From the NCBI GenBank assembly GCA_036339495.1, contig JAYZAW010000157.1, positions 1 through 43,155 on the forward strand: a stretch of 43,155 nt of DNA, written 5' to 3'. A program made the position numbers and the translations under genes. Below, piece after piece: positions 1 through 7,770 of this stretch; positions within the stretch are counted from its first letter, which is position 1, and every line of letters starts with the position of its first letter. The notes beneath the pieces are model-generated. The model was not told the origin of the DNA. It worked only from the letters and a program-made list of their open reading frames with translations, and searched no databases. The DNA is from Pseudomonadota bacterium (lineage in GTDB: Bacteria > Pseudomonadota > Alphaproteobacteria > MPNO01).

Positions 1-279
1 TTAGCAGACGAATTCGCTTTTGTCATCCTAAATTGCCAGATTTTTGGTTTGACACAGGTGTGGGCGGCACAAAGCCGCCACATAGGGACCACGGCTCTGG
101 CGCACCTTGTCGACCGGAAGGCCTTGCTGAAGAAGTGTAAATCTGTCGGGCTCTAGAATTTAGACACCACTTTGGTTGGGTGTCCTGTTCCCAAGAATGT
201 TCCCCATTCAAGTTTTTGACGGTTTTGTTAAAATTGAGATGTTAAGTTAATTCTTTAACAACAATTAGTTAGTGTGTGA

Positions 280-318
280 CGGGGCGTGGCGCAGCCTGGA
301 AGCGCACCTGCTTTGGGA
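280..318 (+). pseudogene. 5' fragment (39 nt) of a tRNA-Pro(UGG) gene: acceptor 5' strand, D-arm, 5' strand of the anticodon stem and the full anticodon loop. The 3' half is absent.
   Basis: CGGGGCG-TG-GCGC-AGCCTGGAA-GCGC-A-CCTGC-TTTGGGA fits the tRNA cloverleaf. The anticodon TGG is at 314-316. After 318 the sequence (ACATAGAGAAAG...) has no complementary GCAGG, T-arm or acceptor 3' strand. Confidence 0.6.
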
Positions 319-464
319 ACATAGAGAAAGAAAATTCAGTGAGATTTTGAAGGCGGGCCCCACCCTTTTGAGATGATGAATTAATTGGTGGACTGAATTA
401 TATCTCATGGATTATTCATTTAAAAACAAAGGTATTGTTATCCTTCTCTCTCCGCCAATATTTT

Positions 465-517
465 GATAGGCCCGTAAGTTATTATATTTCAAGGACTTAT
501 GGGCCTATCAATTTTTC
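465..517 (+). terminator. Rho-independent terminator-like hairpin with no annotated gene upstream
   Basis: GATAGGCCCGTAAG (465-478) pairs with CTTATGGGCCTATC (496-509) over 14 bp with one G.U. A 17-nt loop separates the arms and AATTTTTC follows on the + strand. The reverse orientation has an A-run, so the hairpin is orientation-specific. Confidence 0.5.
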
Positions 518-1019
518 ATTACTACACATGCCAACCACGCATGAAATAGAGCATATCATCAGGGGTCAGCTTCCGGGTTCATTCAATGTTGGCCGATCAG
601 TTGTGATCTGTTGGGTCGTATTGGAATAATATTCCAGAATACGTTGATCTTGAGCAATATATAGTGTGTCGTTCGTGCTTTGCCTGGGAACCTCTTTCCG
701 AAATAACGTGGGACGCTAATGGCCCCGGTCGATCGGATACGTCAGGAGGAACCGCGTGATAACAAGACCTATGCCTCAGGCTTCCAAGATGGGGCCACCA
801 CCCCCATAGGCGGGTGGGTCAAATTCCGGCCATATCATTATGGGGCATTCGGTCATCGGTTCGTCGATTTGACACCCATCTAAAATCATCGCTTTGTGAC
901 AGGTAGCCTCAGTTTGCCAATTGTACCTTAGAAACCGCAGAATTCTCAGGATCCTATCATACTGTATAGCCTGCTAAGGTCTGCTTGACAGGCTGTCAAC
1001 TTCAGCAATCCTGACAGTC

Positions 1020-1223
1020 TTATTTCTTCCGATAATACCATCTCGCTTTCACTGCATCATAGTATTTGCTCAGTTGCCGGGTGCTGTCCTCTCGAAGAAT
1101 TTTCAGGTGGTGCTGTCGCAATCGACTGGTACCAATGTCAATTCGTTCATGTGTGGCCACGGCATCGGCTAGTGCTACGGTTGACCATTCCTTGGTGCGA
1201 TCGGCCTTGAGTATTTTGATCAC
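1020..1223 (-). CDS. hypothetical small protein (67 aa), no family recognised
   Basis: ORF-track entry with a GTG start. Its start overlaps by 1 nt (TAGTG) the stop of a 35-aa ORF at 1223-1330 (-). It lies in the AT-rich block. No motif was recognised. Confidence 0.3.
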   Translation of the reverse strand: MIKILKADRTKEWSTVALADAVATHERIDIGTSRLRQHHLKILREDSTRQLSKYYDAVKARWYYRKK

Positions 1224-1431
1224 TACATCGCCACTGTTTTGAATTGTGCCTCGATGTCAGCGGCAGTTGGTCGAGTAGAGTTGTAATCCTCGGAAACCAT
1301 CTCGTTGGCCGTCTCGAAGGACACGGCCATGAGTCGCGATCAGCGCTCGCCGGTATAACCCGGGGATTGGACGCAATTCGGCACCGTCCACCGACACGAA
1401 TTTAAATTCGTGTTGTATCCGCCGAACCGAA

Positions 1432-2322
1432 TCAGAAGGTTTTTACTTTCGCCGGCCGCCAACGGCTCAGGCGATCTTCCACCTTTTTCACCGCCGCCGT
1501 GATCAGCAGCGACACCGTCATGAAGATGATCAGCACCGCAAACAGGATGTCGACCCGATAGCCTTGCGACGCCTGGACCATGACCACGCCGAGGCCGTAT
1601 TCCGTGCCGCCGAAAAACTCCGCCACCACCACGCCCAGGATGGCACGCCCGATGGCGAGCCTGAGCCCGGCAATGATAAACGGCAGTGAATTCGGCAGGA
1701 CCACCAACTTGTTGATCTGCCATTCATTGGCGCCAAAAGAACGCACCACGTTGATCAGCAGCCGGTCGGCGTTCTTGACCCCGGCATAGGTGTTGATCAA
1801 CAGCGGGAATACCGCGCCCATGAACACGATGGTGATGACCGTCCAAAAGCCGACGCCGAACCAGATCAGCACGATCGGCAGGAACACCAGCCGCGGCGTG
1901 GCGTTGAACGCGGTGATGAACGGATCGAATATTGCGTCCACCGTCTGGGACCGTCCGAGCGCCACGCCCAAGGGCAAGGCCACGACGATCGACAACCCCA
2001 AGCCAAACAGGAAAGTCCCGGTACTGGCGTTAAAGTGATTCCAGATCGTGCCGACCAATGGCAATTTTTCGTTTAGGATCAATAGTTTGAACAGCGCGGA
2101 GACGATATCGGACGGGGTGGCGAAAAACAGTTTCATGCCCTTCGAAAGTCCGAATATCGCCGGATAGGACTCCCAGATTGCGAAAACCGTCAGGATAAAT
2201 CCGGTGCCGAGGATGGCGGGCTCATGGGCTTCGTAAAACGACTCTTCCGCGGGCGGGGGCGCCGTGAACGACGTCTCAGCGGCGGTGGTTTCCATAACCG
2301 GTGTGTCTACAGTATCCGCCAT
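1432..2322 (-). CDS. ABC transporter permease, NitT/TauT (SsuC/TauC-like) family
   Basis: The translation is multi-TM with a BPD-transporter-like segment (LPNSLPFIIAGLRLAIGRAILGVVVAEF). The ATG at 2322 lies 2 nt after the upstream permease stop (TAGTTATG). The track's longer start at 2343 is TTG. Confidence 0.85.
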   Translation of the reverse strand: MADTVDTPVMETTAAETSFTAPPPAEESFYEAHEPAILGTGFILTVFAIWESYPAIFGLSKGMKLFFATPSDIVSALFKLLILNEKLPLVGTIWNHFNASTGTFLFGLGLSIVVALPLGVALGRSQTVDAIFDPFITAFNATPRLVFLPIVLIWFGVGFWTVITIVFMGAVFPLLINTYAGVKNADRLLINVVRSFGANEWQINKLVVLPNSLPFIIAGLRLAIGRAILGVVVAEFFGGTEYGLGVVMVQASQGYRVDILFAVLIIFMTVSLLITAAVKKVEDRLSRWRPAKVKTF

Positions 2323-2324
2323 AA

Positions 2325-3098
2325 CTACAACCCCACTCGCCAAGGAAAGGCGGTCCGTTCCGCCCAGCGGATGCCTTCCGTAAAGGCAACCGCAATAACC
2401 ATCATGATCAGGATGTAGGCGAACATCCGATCGATCGCATACATGTCGCCATAGAACGCGATCATGTAGCCGACGCCGGCCGACGCCGCGTAAAATTCAC
2501 CGACCAGGATACCGACCAGCGCGCGGCCGATGGCGTAACGCCCGCCCGCGATGATATAGGGCAGCACGCTGGGCACGATGACCTTGAAATAGATAGCCTT
2601 GTCTTTTCCGCCCATGGAGCGCACGACGTTGATCAGAACCTGGTCAACCGCCTTGACCCCCGCATAGGTGTTAAAGATGAAGGGGAAAACCGACAGGATA
2701 AATATCAAAAACGCCTTGCCCGGCACGCCGACGCCGAAAATGATGATCACCAGCGGCGCCACCGCCACCAGCGGGCTCGCATACAGCGCGGTCATAAAGG
2801 GATCGAGGGCATAACCGATCTTTTGCCGCCAGCCCATGAAAGTGCCGATCAGAATGCCGACCACGACAGCGGCGATGAAGCCGAACAGGAAGGGCCGCAC
2901 GCTGACCATGAGTTCAAACAGCACCTTGCCGGACATGAAATCATACATAAATCCGGCCCAGATCAGGCTCGGTTTGCTCATGAAGAATTCGTTGAGCTTT
3001 ACCGGCCCGGCGAATATTCCTTCCCAGGCCAGGAAAAACACGACCACGGCGCTGAAGCCGAGCAATTTGCGCCGATTTTCATAAATCCATTCATTCAT
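2325..3098 (-). CDS. ABC transporter permease, NitT/TauT family
   Basis: Paralog of the previous permease (VPSVLPYIIAGGRYAIGRALVGILVGEF). I prefer the ATG at 3098 (MNEWIYENRRKLL...). The track start at 3122 is TTG. Confidence 0.85.
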   Translation of the reverse strand: MNEWIYENRRKLLGFSAVVVFFLAWEGIFAGPVKLNEFFMSKPSLIWAGFMYDFMSGKVLFELMVSVRPFLFGFIAAVVVGILIGTFMGWRQKIGYALDPFMTALYASPLVAVAPLVIIIFGVGVPGKAFLIFILSVFPFIFNTYAGVKAVDQVLINVVRSMGGKDKAIYFKVIVPSVLPYIIAGGRYAIGRALVGILVGEFYAASAGVGYMIAFYGDMYAIDRMFAYILIMMVIAVAFTEGIRWAERTAFPWRVGL

Positions 3099-3128
3099 GG
3101 CCTGGTACCCTTTAACCGCCAATCGAAA

Positions 3129-3926
3129 TTATGCATGACCTGAATCTTCATCGCCGCCGGCGCTGAGCTCATCCTTGAGCTCGTTCCAGATATCCAGCTT
3201 GAGCTCGTTGAAGCGCGCCGACACCCTCATTTCGTAATCCCGCGGCCGCGGCAGGTCGACCTCGAATAATTTCTTCAAACGTCCTGGCCGCTTGGTCATG
3301 ACAATCACCTGATCCGACAGATAAACCGCTTCCTCGATCTGGTGCGTGACGAACAGGACGGTTTTCTTGGCTTCTTGCCAGATGCGCAGCAATTCGGCCT
3401 GCATGATGTCGCGGGTTTGCGCGTCAAGCGCGGCAAACGGCTCATCCATCAGCAGCACGTCCGGGTCGGACGCCAATGCACGGGCCAGACCGACGCGCTG
3501 CTTCATGCCGCCGGAAAGTTCATGGGGATAATGGTTTTCGAACCCGGTGAGCCCGACCATTTCGATAAAGTTTTGGGTTGTTTCCCGGCGTGGCCCCTTG
3601 GCGACGCCTTGAAGTTCAAGGCCCAGTTCCACGTTATTGGCGACCGTGCGCCACGGCAGCAGGCCGAATTCCTGGAACACCATGGCCCGGTCGGTGCCGG
3701 GGCCCGTCACGGTATTGCCGTTGACGCTCATCACGCCCGTGTTGGGCGGGATCAGTCCCAGCAGTACGTTCAAAAACGTGCTCTTGCCGCAGCCCGACGG
3801 GCCGACGATCGAAACGAACTGACCCTGTTCGATATTAATGTTGCATTCGCTGAGCGCGGTCACCGCTTGGCGATTCTTGGGTCTGAATGTCAGGTTTACG
3901 TTTTCGGCTGAAATATAAGAACTCAT
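3129..3926 (-). CDS. ABC transporter ATP-binding protein, NitT/TauT (SsuB/TauB-like) family
   Basis: Walker A GPSGCGKST, signature LSGGMKQRVGLARAL, Walker B LLMDEPFAALD and H-loop VTHQ. ATG start. Confidence 0.9.
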   Translation of the reverse strand: MSSYISAENVNLTFRPKNRQAVTALSECNINIEQGQFVSIVGPSGCGKSTFLNVLLGLIPPNTGVMSVNGNTVTGPGTDRAMVFQEFGLLPWRTVANNVELGLELQGVAKGPRRETTQNFIEMVGLTGFENHYPHELSGGMKQRVGLARALASDPDVLLMDEPFAALDAQTRDIMQAELLRIWQEAKKTVLFVTHQIEEAVYLSDQVIVMTKRPGRLKKLFEVDLPRPRDYEMRVSARFNELKLDIWNELKDELSAGGDEDSGHA

Positions 3927-4138
3927 CCGTCATCCCTTGGCGGTCAATGCTGATTAAAGCAGTTTGTGTCCGGCTGGCGATCCTCGTAACCGCCGCGCCT
4001 CCCCATTCGATTGGCTCTCTCCAGAGCGCCCTGACTAAAGCATGACAGGCCCGCCTAGTCAAAGGTGGGAAAGCGGTTTCCGCACTCTTTGTCAACGCCG
4101 CGTTTTGCCGTATAAACCAGCCAATTCAAACTACTGGT

Positions 4139-5056
4139 ATGAAATCCCGGATTATGGCTAAGACCGTTCGCGTAAACTCAATGACAGGATTCTCCCGCCG
4201 CGACGACGCCGATGGCGGCTATCGCTGGACCTGGGAGATCAAGAGCGTGAATTCACGCAATCTTGATCTCCGGTTCCGCCTGCCGCCGGGCAGCGACGAG
4301 CTTGAAGCCCGCGCCCGCGCGCTGGCGCCCGACCGATTCGCGCGCGGCAATGTATCGGTTCATCTGTCCCTGCAGCGCCCGGACCGCGTCCAGCGGGTGC
4401 AGGTCAATCATGACGTGCTCGACCAGATGCTGGCCGTGGCGGACGAAGTCAAGGACGCCGCCAAGGCGCAGCCGGTCAGCGTCGAAGGACTGCTCGGTCT
4501 GCCTGGCGTGCTTGAACCCATGGCCGAGGAAGAAGAGACCGAGCAGCAACGCGAGGCGCGTAATGCAGCCTTGCTCGACAGCCTGAGCAAGGCGTTCGAC
4601 GCGCTGGTGGCCGCGCGGGCCGAGGAGGGCGCGCGGCTGGTCGCGATCATGGATGAACGTCTCGCCGAGATCGAAACCCAATGCGAGGCCGCCGAGGGCA
4701 TCGCGTCCAACCAGCCGGCGGCGGCACAGCAGCGCCTACGTGACCAGATCAACGAGTTGCTCGGCGCGGAAAACCCCCTGTCCGAGGAGCGTCTCGCCCA
4801 GGAGATCGCGCTGATCGTGGCGCGCGGCGATGTGCGCGAGGAGCTCGACCGCCTTGTGGCCCATATCGCGTCGGCGCACGAGCTGATCGGTGAGGGCGGC
4901 GCGATTGGCCGCAGGCTCGACTTCCTGTGTCAGGAATTCAACCGGGAAGCCAATACGCTGTGCTCTAAATCATCGGATCTCGAACTCACCCGCATCGGGC
5001 TCGATCTCAAGGCCTCGGTTGAACGTCTGCGCGAACAGGTTCAAAACGTCGAATAG
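4139..5056 (+). CDS. yicC: YicC family stress-induced protein
   Basis: N-terminal SMTGF... and C-terminal EFNREANTLCSKS...LDLKASVERLREQVQNVE are typical of YicC. It lies immediately upstream of gmk, the common arrangement. Confidence 0.85.
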   Translation: MKSRIMAKTVRVNSMTGFSRRDDADGGYRWTWEIKSVNSRNLDLRFRLPPGSDELEARARALAPDRFARGNVSVHLSLQRPDRVQRVQVNHDVLDQMLAVADEVKDAAKAQPVSVEGLLGLPGVLEPMAEEEETEQQREARNAALLDSLSKAFDALVAARAEEGARLVAIMDERLAEIETQCEAAEGIASNQPAAAQQRLRDQINELLGAENPLSEERLAQEIALIVARGDVREELDRLVAHIASAHELIGEGGAIGRRLDFLCQEFNREANTLCSKSSDLELTRIGLDLKASVERLREQVQNVE

Positions 5057-5063
5057 GAAAATC

Positions 5064-5702
5064 ATGTCCATCAACGGCATCAAGCGGCGCGGCCTCATGC
5101 TGGTTCTGTCGTCGCCCTCCGGAGCCGGGAAGACGACGATCTCCCGCGAGCTCCTGTCGCGCGACGACAATCTGGCCCTGTCGGTCTCGGCCACGACCCG
5201 GCCCAAGCGGCCCGGTGAGACCGCCGGCGTGGATTACGACTTTATCGACGCGGTCGATTTCAATCTGATGGTCAACCGGCGCGAGCTGCTGGAGCACGCC
5301 AAGGTGTTCGATCATTATTACGGAACCCCCCGCAAGGCGGTCGAAGGCGCGTTGAGCGAGGGCCGCGACATGCTGTTCGACATCGACTGGCAGGGCACCC
5401 AGCAGCTTGCCGAATCGGCGCGCGACGATCTGGTGACCGTCTTCATCCTGCCGCCCTCGACCGAGGAACTGAACCGCCGCCTGCACAGCCGCGCCCAGGA
5501 CCCGGAAGACGTGGTCGCGGCCCGCATGGCCAAGGCGTCCGACGAAATCAGCCATTGGGCCGAATATCACTACATCATTGTCAACCGCGACCTCGACGAA
5601 AGCGTCAGCGCGGTGCACGCCATCTTGAACGCCGAACGCCTGCGCCGCGAACGACAGGTCGGGCTGACCGATTTCGTGAAGCGATTAAGGGATGGGCAGT
5701 AG
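5064..5702 (+). CDS. gmk: guanylate kinase
   Basis: The ATG at 5064 gives MSINGIKRRGLMLVLSSPSGAGKTT (P-loop), YYGTP and DIDWQGT motifs. The track ORF starting at 4890 is an upstream overextension into yicC. Confidence 0.95.
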   Translation: MSINGIKRRGLMLVLSSPSGAGKTTISRELLSRDDNLALSVSATTRPKRPGETAGVDYDFIDAVDFNLMVNRRELLEHAKVFDHYYGTPRKAVEGALSEGRDMLFDIDWQGTQQLAESARDDLVTVFILPPSTEELNRRLHSRAQDPEDVVAARMAKASDEISHWAEYHYIIVNRDLDESVSAVHAILNAERLRRERQVGLTDFVKRLRDGQ

Positions 5703-5801
5703 GGAAGCGCATCTATGGATAAATAGGATTTGAATAAACAAAATTTAATCTCATAATGATTGTGATAAATATTATATAGATCACTAGTTCGGAGTAGTGA
5801 C

Positions 5802-6368
5802 GTGCCGCTCATTTCGAATTCCAACTACGTTTACCGCTGGCTAATTGAAGAAGCTGACGAAAGCCGGCTATATGGCCCCGTCGCATATGCCGTTGTCGAG
5901 GAACAGCGGATTGAATGGATGGAACATTATGAAAATAATAATGGCCACCCTCCTGATTCCGGCGAAATTCAACATTGGTACGAGCAGCAACCAGAAAACG
6001 TTTTATTGAGCGCCAAAGGTAAAGCTGAAAATGCGCTTCAAGGATACGCCGACGAAGTATTGGAAGAGGTGGAACACTCCATAAGGAGCGAAGTATCCGA
6101 AGGTGTAATCATTAGTGAAATTCGTTTGGCAACAAAATTTTGGCCACAATTCGGCATAAACGTGGCTGCGGGTTTCGCGAGCGCGTTACTTTTTGCTGCG
6201 GTTTTGACTATACTGGCATTCATTGTCCTAACTGATCCGTCACCGGTGAAGTTCGGGGCTCGGTTTATTGGAAATTCGGCGGGAGAGAGCCATCATGGCC
6301 AAACAAACGGCGAATCGCGAAGTGACAAGCAAACGCGCGGCAACAGCGGCGTCAAAAGTGCTCCGTAA
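5802..6368 (+). CDS. hypothetical single-pass membrane protein (188 aa)
   Basis: GTG start with GGAG 7 nt upstream (5791-5794). Acidic N-terminal domain, then one hydrophobic helix FGINVAAGFASALLFAAVLTILAFIVL. AT-rich relative to its neighbours. No family recognised. Confidence 0.5.
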   Translation: MPLISNSNYVYRWLIEEADESRLYGPVAYAVVEEQRIEWMEHYENNNGHPPDSGEIQHWYEQQPENVLLSAKGKAENALQGYADEVLEEVEHSIRSEVSEGVIISEIRLATKFWPQFGINVAAGFASALLFAAVLTILAFIVLTDPSPVKFGARFIGNSAGESHHGQTNGESRSDKQTRGNSGVKSAP

Positions 6369-6450
6369 TCCTAATTCGAGCAAAGCCGCGAAGACCGCCG
6401 CTGGTTCTGCTTTGACGCAACGTCCCAATAAATCAGTTCGGAAAAAATAA
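6295..6450 (+). CDS. small basic Ala/Ser/Lys-rich protein (51 aa)
   Basis: ATG at 6295 preceded by GGGAGAGAG. Product MAKQTANREVTSKRAATAASKVLRNPNSSKAAKTAAGSALTQRPNKSVRKK. It overlaps the 3' 74 nt of the 5802-6368 ORF in another frame. Confidence 0.45.
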   Translation: MAKQTANREVTSKRAATAASKVLRNPNSSKAAKTAAGSALTQRPNKSVRKK

Positions 6451-6476
6451 ACTCAGCGCGACGGCCAGTAAGGCGG

Positions 6477-6926
6477 CTACGGTTTCATTCGCCGGATCTG
6501 CGCGGTGCCGGTGGCGGTGGCGAGAAGGGTTTCGGCGGGGCCGTACAGCCTGCCCTCCATGAAGGCGATCGAACGCCCGCGACGGACCACATTGCCGCGG
6601 CCGATAATTTTTCCGGCCGGGCCGGGCGCCACATAGCTGGTTTTTATTTCCAAGGAAGGCGCGGCGTATTCCGGCTTCAGCGCCGACAGCACGGCGAAAG
6701 ACATCACGTTGTCGAGCATCGACGTCAACATGCCGCCCTGCACCGTTCCGATGAGATTGAGAAACTCATCCTTTGCGAAATATTCGACGACCAACTCGCC
6801 GGTTTCCGTGTCATACGAAATCGGGTCGGCGCCGATCATGACGAGCACGGGGATTTCCATGAAAACGCCGCGCAGCCAGGCGACGGTTTCCGGGCCGGTT
6901 CTTGTTTCGATGCCGGTGCTATTCAA
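6477..6926 (-). CDS. PaaI-family (hotdog fold) thioesterase
   Basis: [23 protein letters not shown] and [19 protein letters not shown] are typical of PaaI/4HBT thioesterases. The TTG start overlaps the rsmA stop by 8 nt. An alternative ATG lies at 6860. Confidence 0.8.
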   Translation of the reverse strand: MNSTGIETRTGPETVAWLRGVFMEIPVLVMIGADPISYDTETGELVVEYFAKDEFLNLIGTVQGGMLTSMLDNVMSFAVLSALKPEYAAPSLEIKTSYVAPGPAGKIIGRGNVVRRGRSIAFMEGRLYGPAETLLATATGTAQIRRMKP

Positions 6927-7770
6927 TTGCCTCTCCGTCGATGGCCCGCGCCAGGGCGCAGAATGCGGTGATATCGAGTTCTTCGGCGCGAGCGGTGGGG
7001 TCGATGCCGCAGCCTATCAGCAGAGCCGCCGGGTCGTCCGAGATGGATTTCAGGGACGAACGCAGCATTTTGCGGCGCTGGCCGAAGGCAGCCGCCGTGA
7101 CGCGCTCGAGAACTTCCATTCGGGCGGGCGCGAGAGGTTGGGCGCGCGGCGTCAAGGCAACCACGGTGGATGTCACCTTGGGGGGCGGCACGAAGGCTTG
7201 CGGCGAGATATCGAACATGGCTTCGATCCCGCACAGCCACCCCGCGATGATCGACAGCCGGCCATAGCTTTTGCTGCCCGGCGCCGCCACCAGGCGCTGG
7301 GCGACCTCCTTCTGGAACATAAGCGTCATTCCGGCAAAGTCATCGATCTGGCGCAGCCATTTGATCAGCAGCGGCGTCGCGATGTTGTAGGGCAGGTTGG
7401 CGACGATCTTCAGTGTCGCGCCGGGTTCGGCCAGGAACGTCAGGTCGGTTTCCAAGGCGTCGCCCTCGACGATTTGCAGACGACCGGAATATGCCGTCGC
7501 GAGTTCGTCAAGCGCCGCGATACAGCGTCGATCCCGTTCCAGCGCGATTATTTGTCTGGCGTCGGTTTCCAGCAATGCGCGGGTTAAACCGCCCGGTCCC
7601 GGCCCGATTTCGATCACCGTCACGTCCGTAAGCGGCCCGGCGGCGCGCGCGATGCGTCCGGTGAGATTGAGGTCGAGCAGGAAGTTTTGACCCAGCTTGC
7701 GGCGGGCGGCCAGCCCATGGCGGGAAATGACATCGCGCAGCGGCGGCAGGTCGGGCGGCGGTTCAGGCAA
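6919..7770 (-). CDS. rsmA: 16S rRNA (adenine1518/1519-N6)-dimethyltransferase
   Basis: [21 protein letters not shown] and NLPYNI motifs. The apparent TTG start overlaps the pdxA stop by 8 nt. Confidence 0.9.
   Translation of the reverse strand: MPEPPPDLPPLRDVISRHGLAARRKLGQNFLLDLNLTGRIARAAGPLTDVTVIEIGPGPGGLTRALLETDARQIIALERDRRCIAALDELATAYSGRLQIVEGDALETDLTFLAEPGATLKIVANLPYNIATPLLIKWLRQIDDFAGMTLMFQKEVAQRLVAAPGSKSYGRLSIIAGWLCGIEAMFDISPQAFVPPPKVTSTVVALTPRAQPLAPARMEVLERVTAAAFGQRRKMLRSSLKSISDDPAALLIGCGIDPTARAEELDITAFCALARAIDGEAIE

Noticed and set aside
23-211. 62-aa minus-strand ORF at the window start, and a possible minus-strand gene start (ATGACAAAAGCG...) at position 26 running out of the window
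   Set aside because: There is no RBS and no family similarity. Only 8 codons of the second candidate are visible, so neither can be supported.
435-629. 64-aa ORF in the AT-rich block
   Set aside because: It reads straight through the 14-bp terminator hairpin and T-run, has a non-ATG start and matches no recognisable family.
319-1340. Group I intron inserted in the anticodon loop of tRNA-Pro
   Set aside because: The break point would fit, since such introns are known in some bacterial tRNA genes. However, I could not find the required 3' exon anywhere in the following 1 kb: no GCAGG, no T-arm and no CGCCCCGACCA-like acceptor strand.
3927-4138. Riboswitch (for example TPP, given the NitT/TauT/ThiXYZ-like transporter) in the 212-nt leader of the ABC operon
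   Set aside because: The leader has GC-rich pairing potential and a CTGGAGAGAG stretch. It lacks the conserved CUGAGA ... ACCUGAUCUGGAUAAUGCCAGCG core of the THI element, and I recognised no other riboswitch core. An Infernal/Rfam scan would be decisive.
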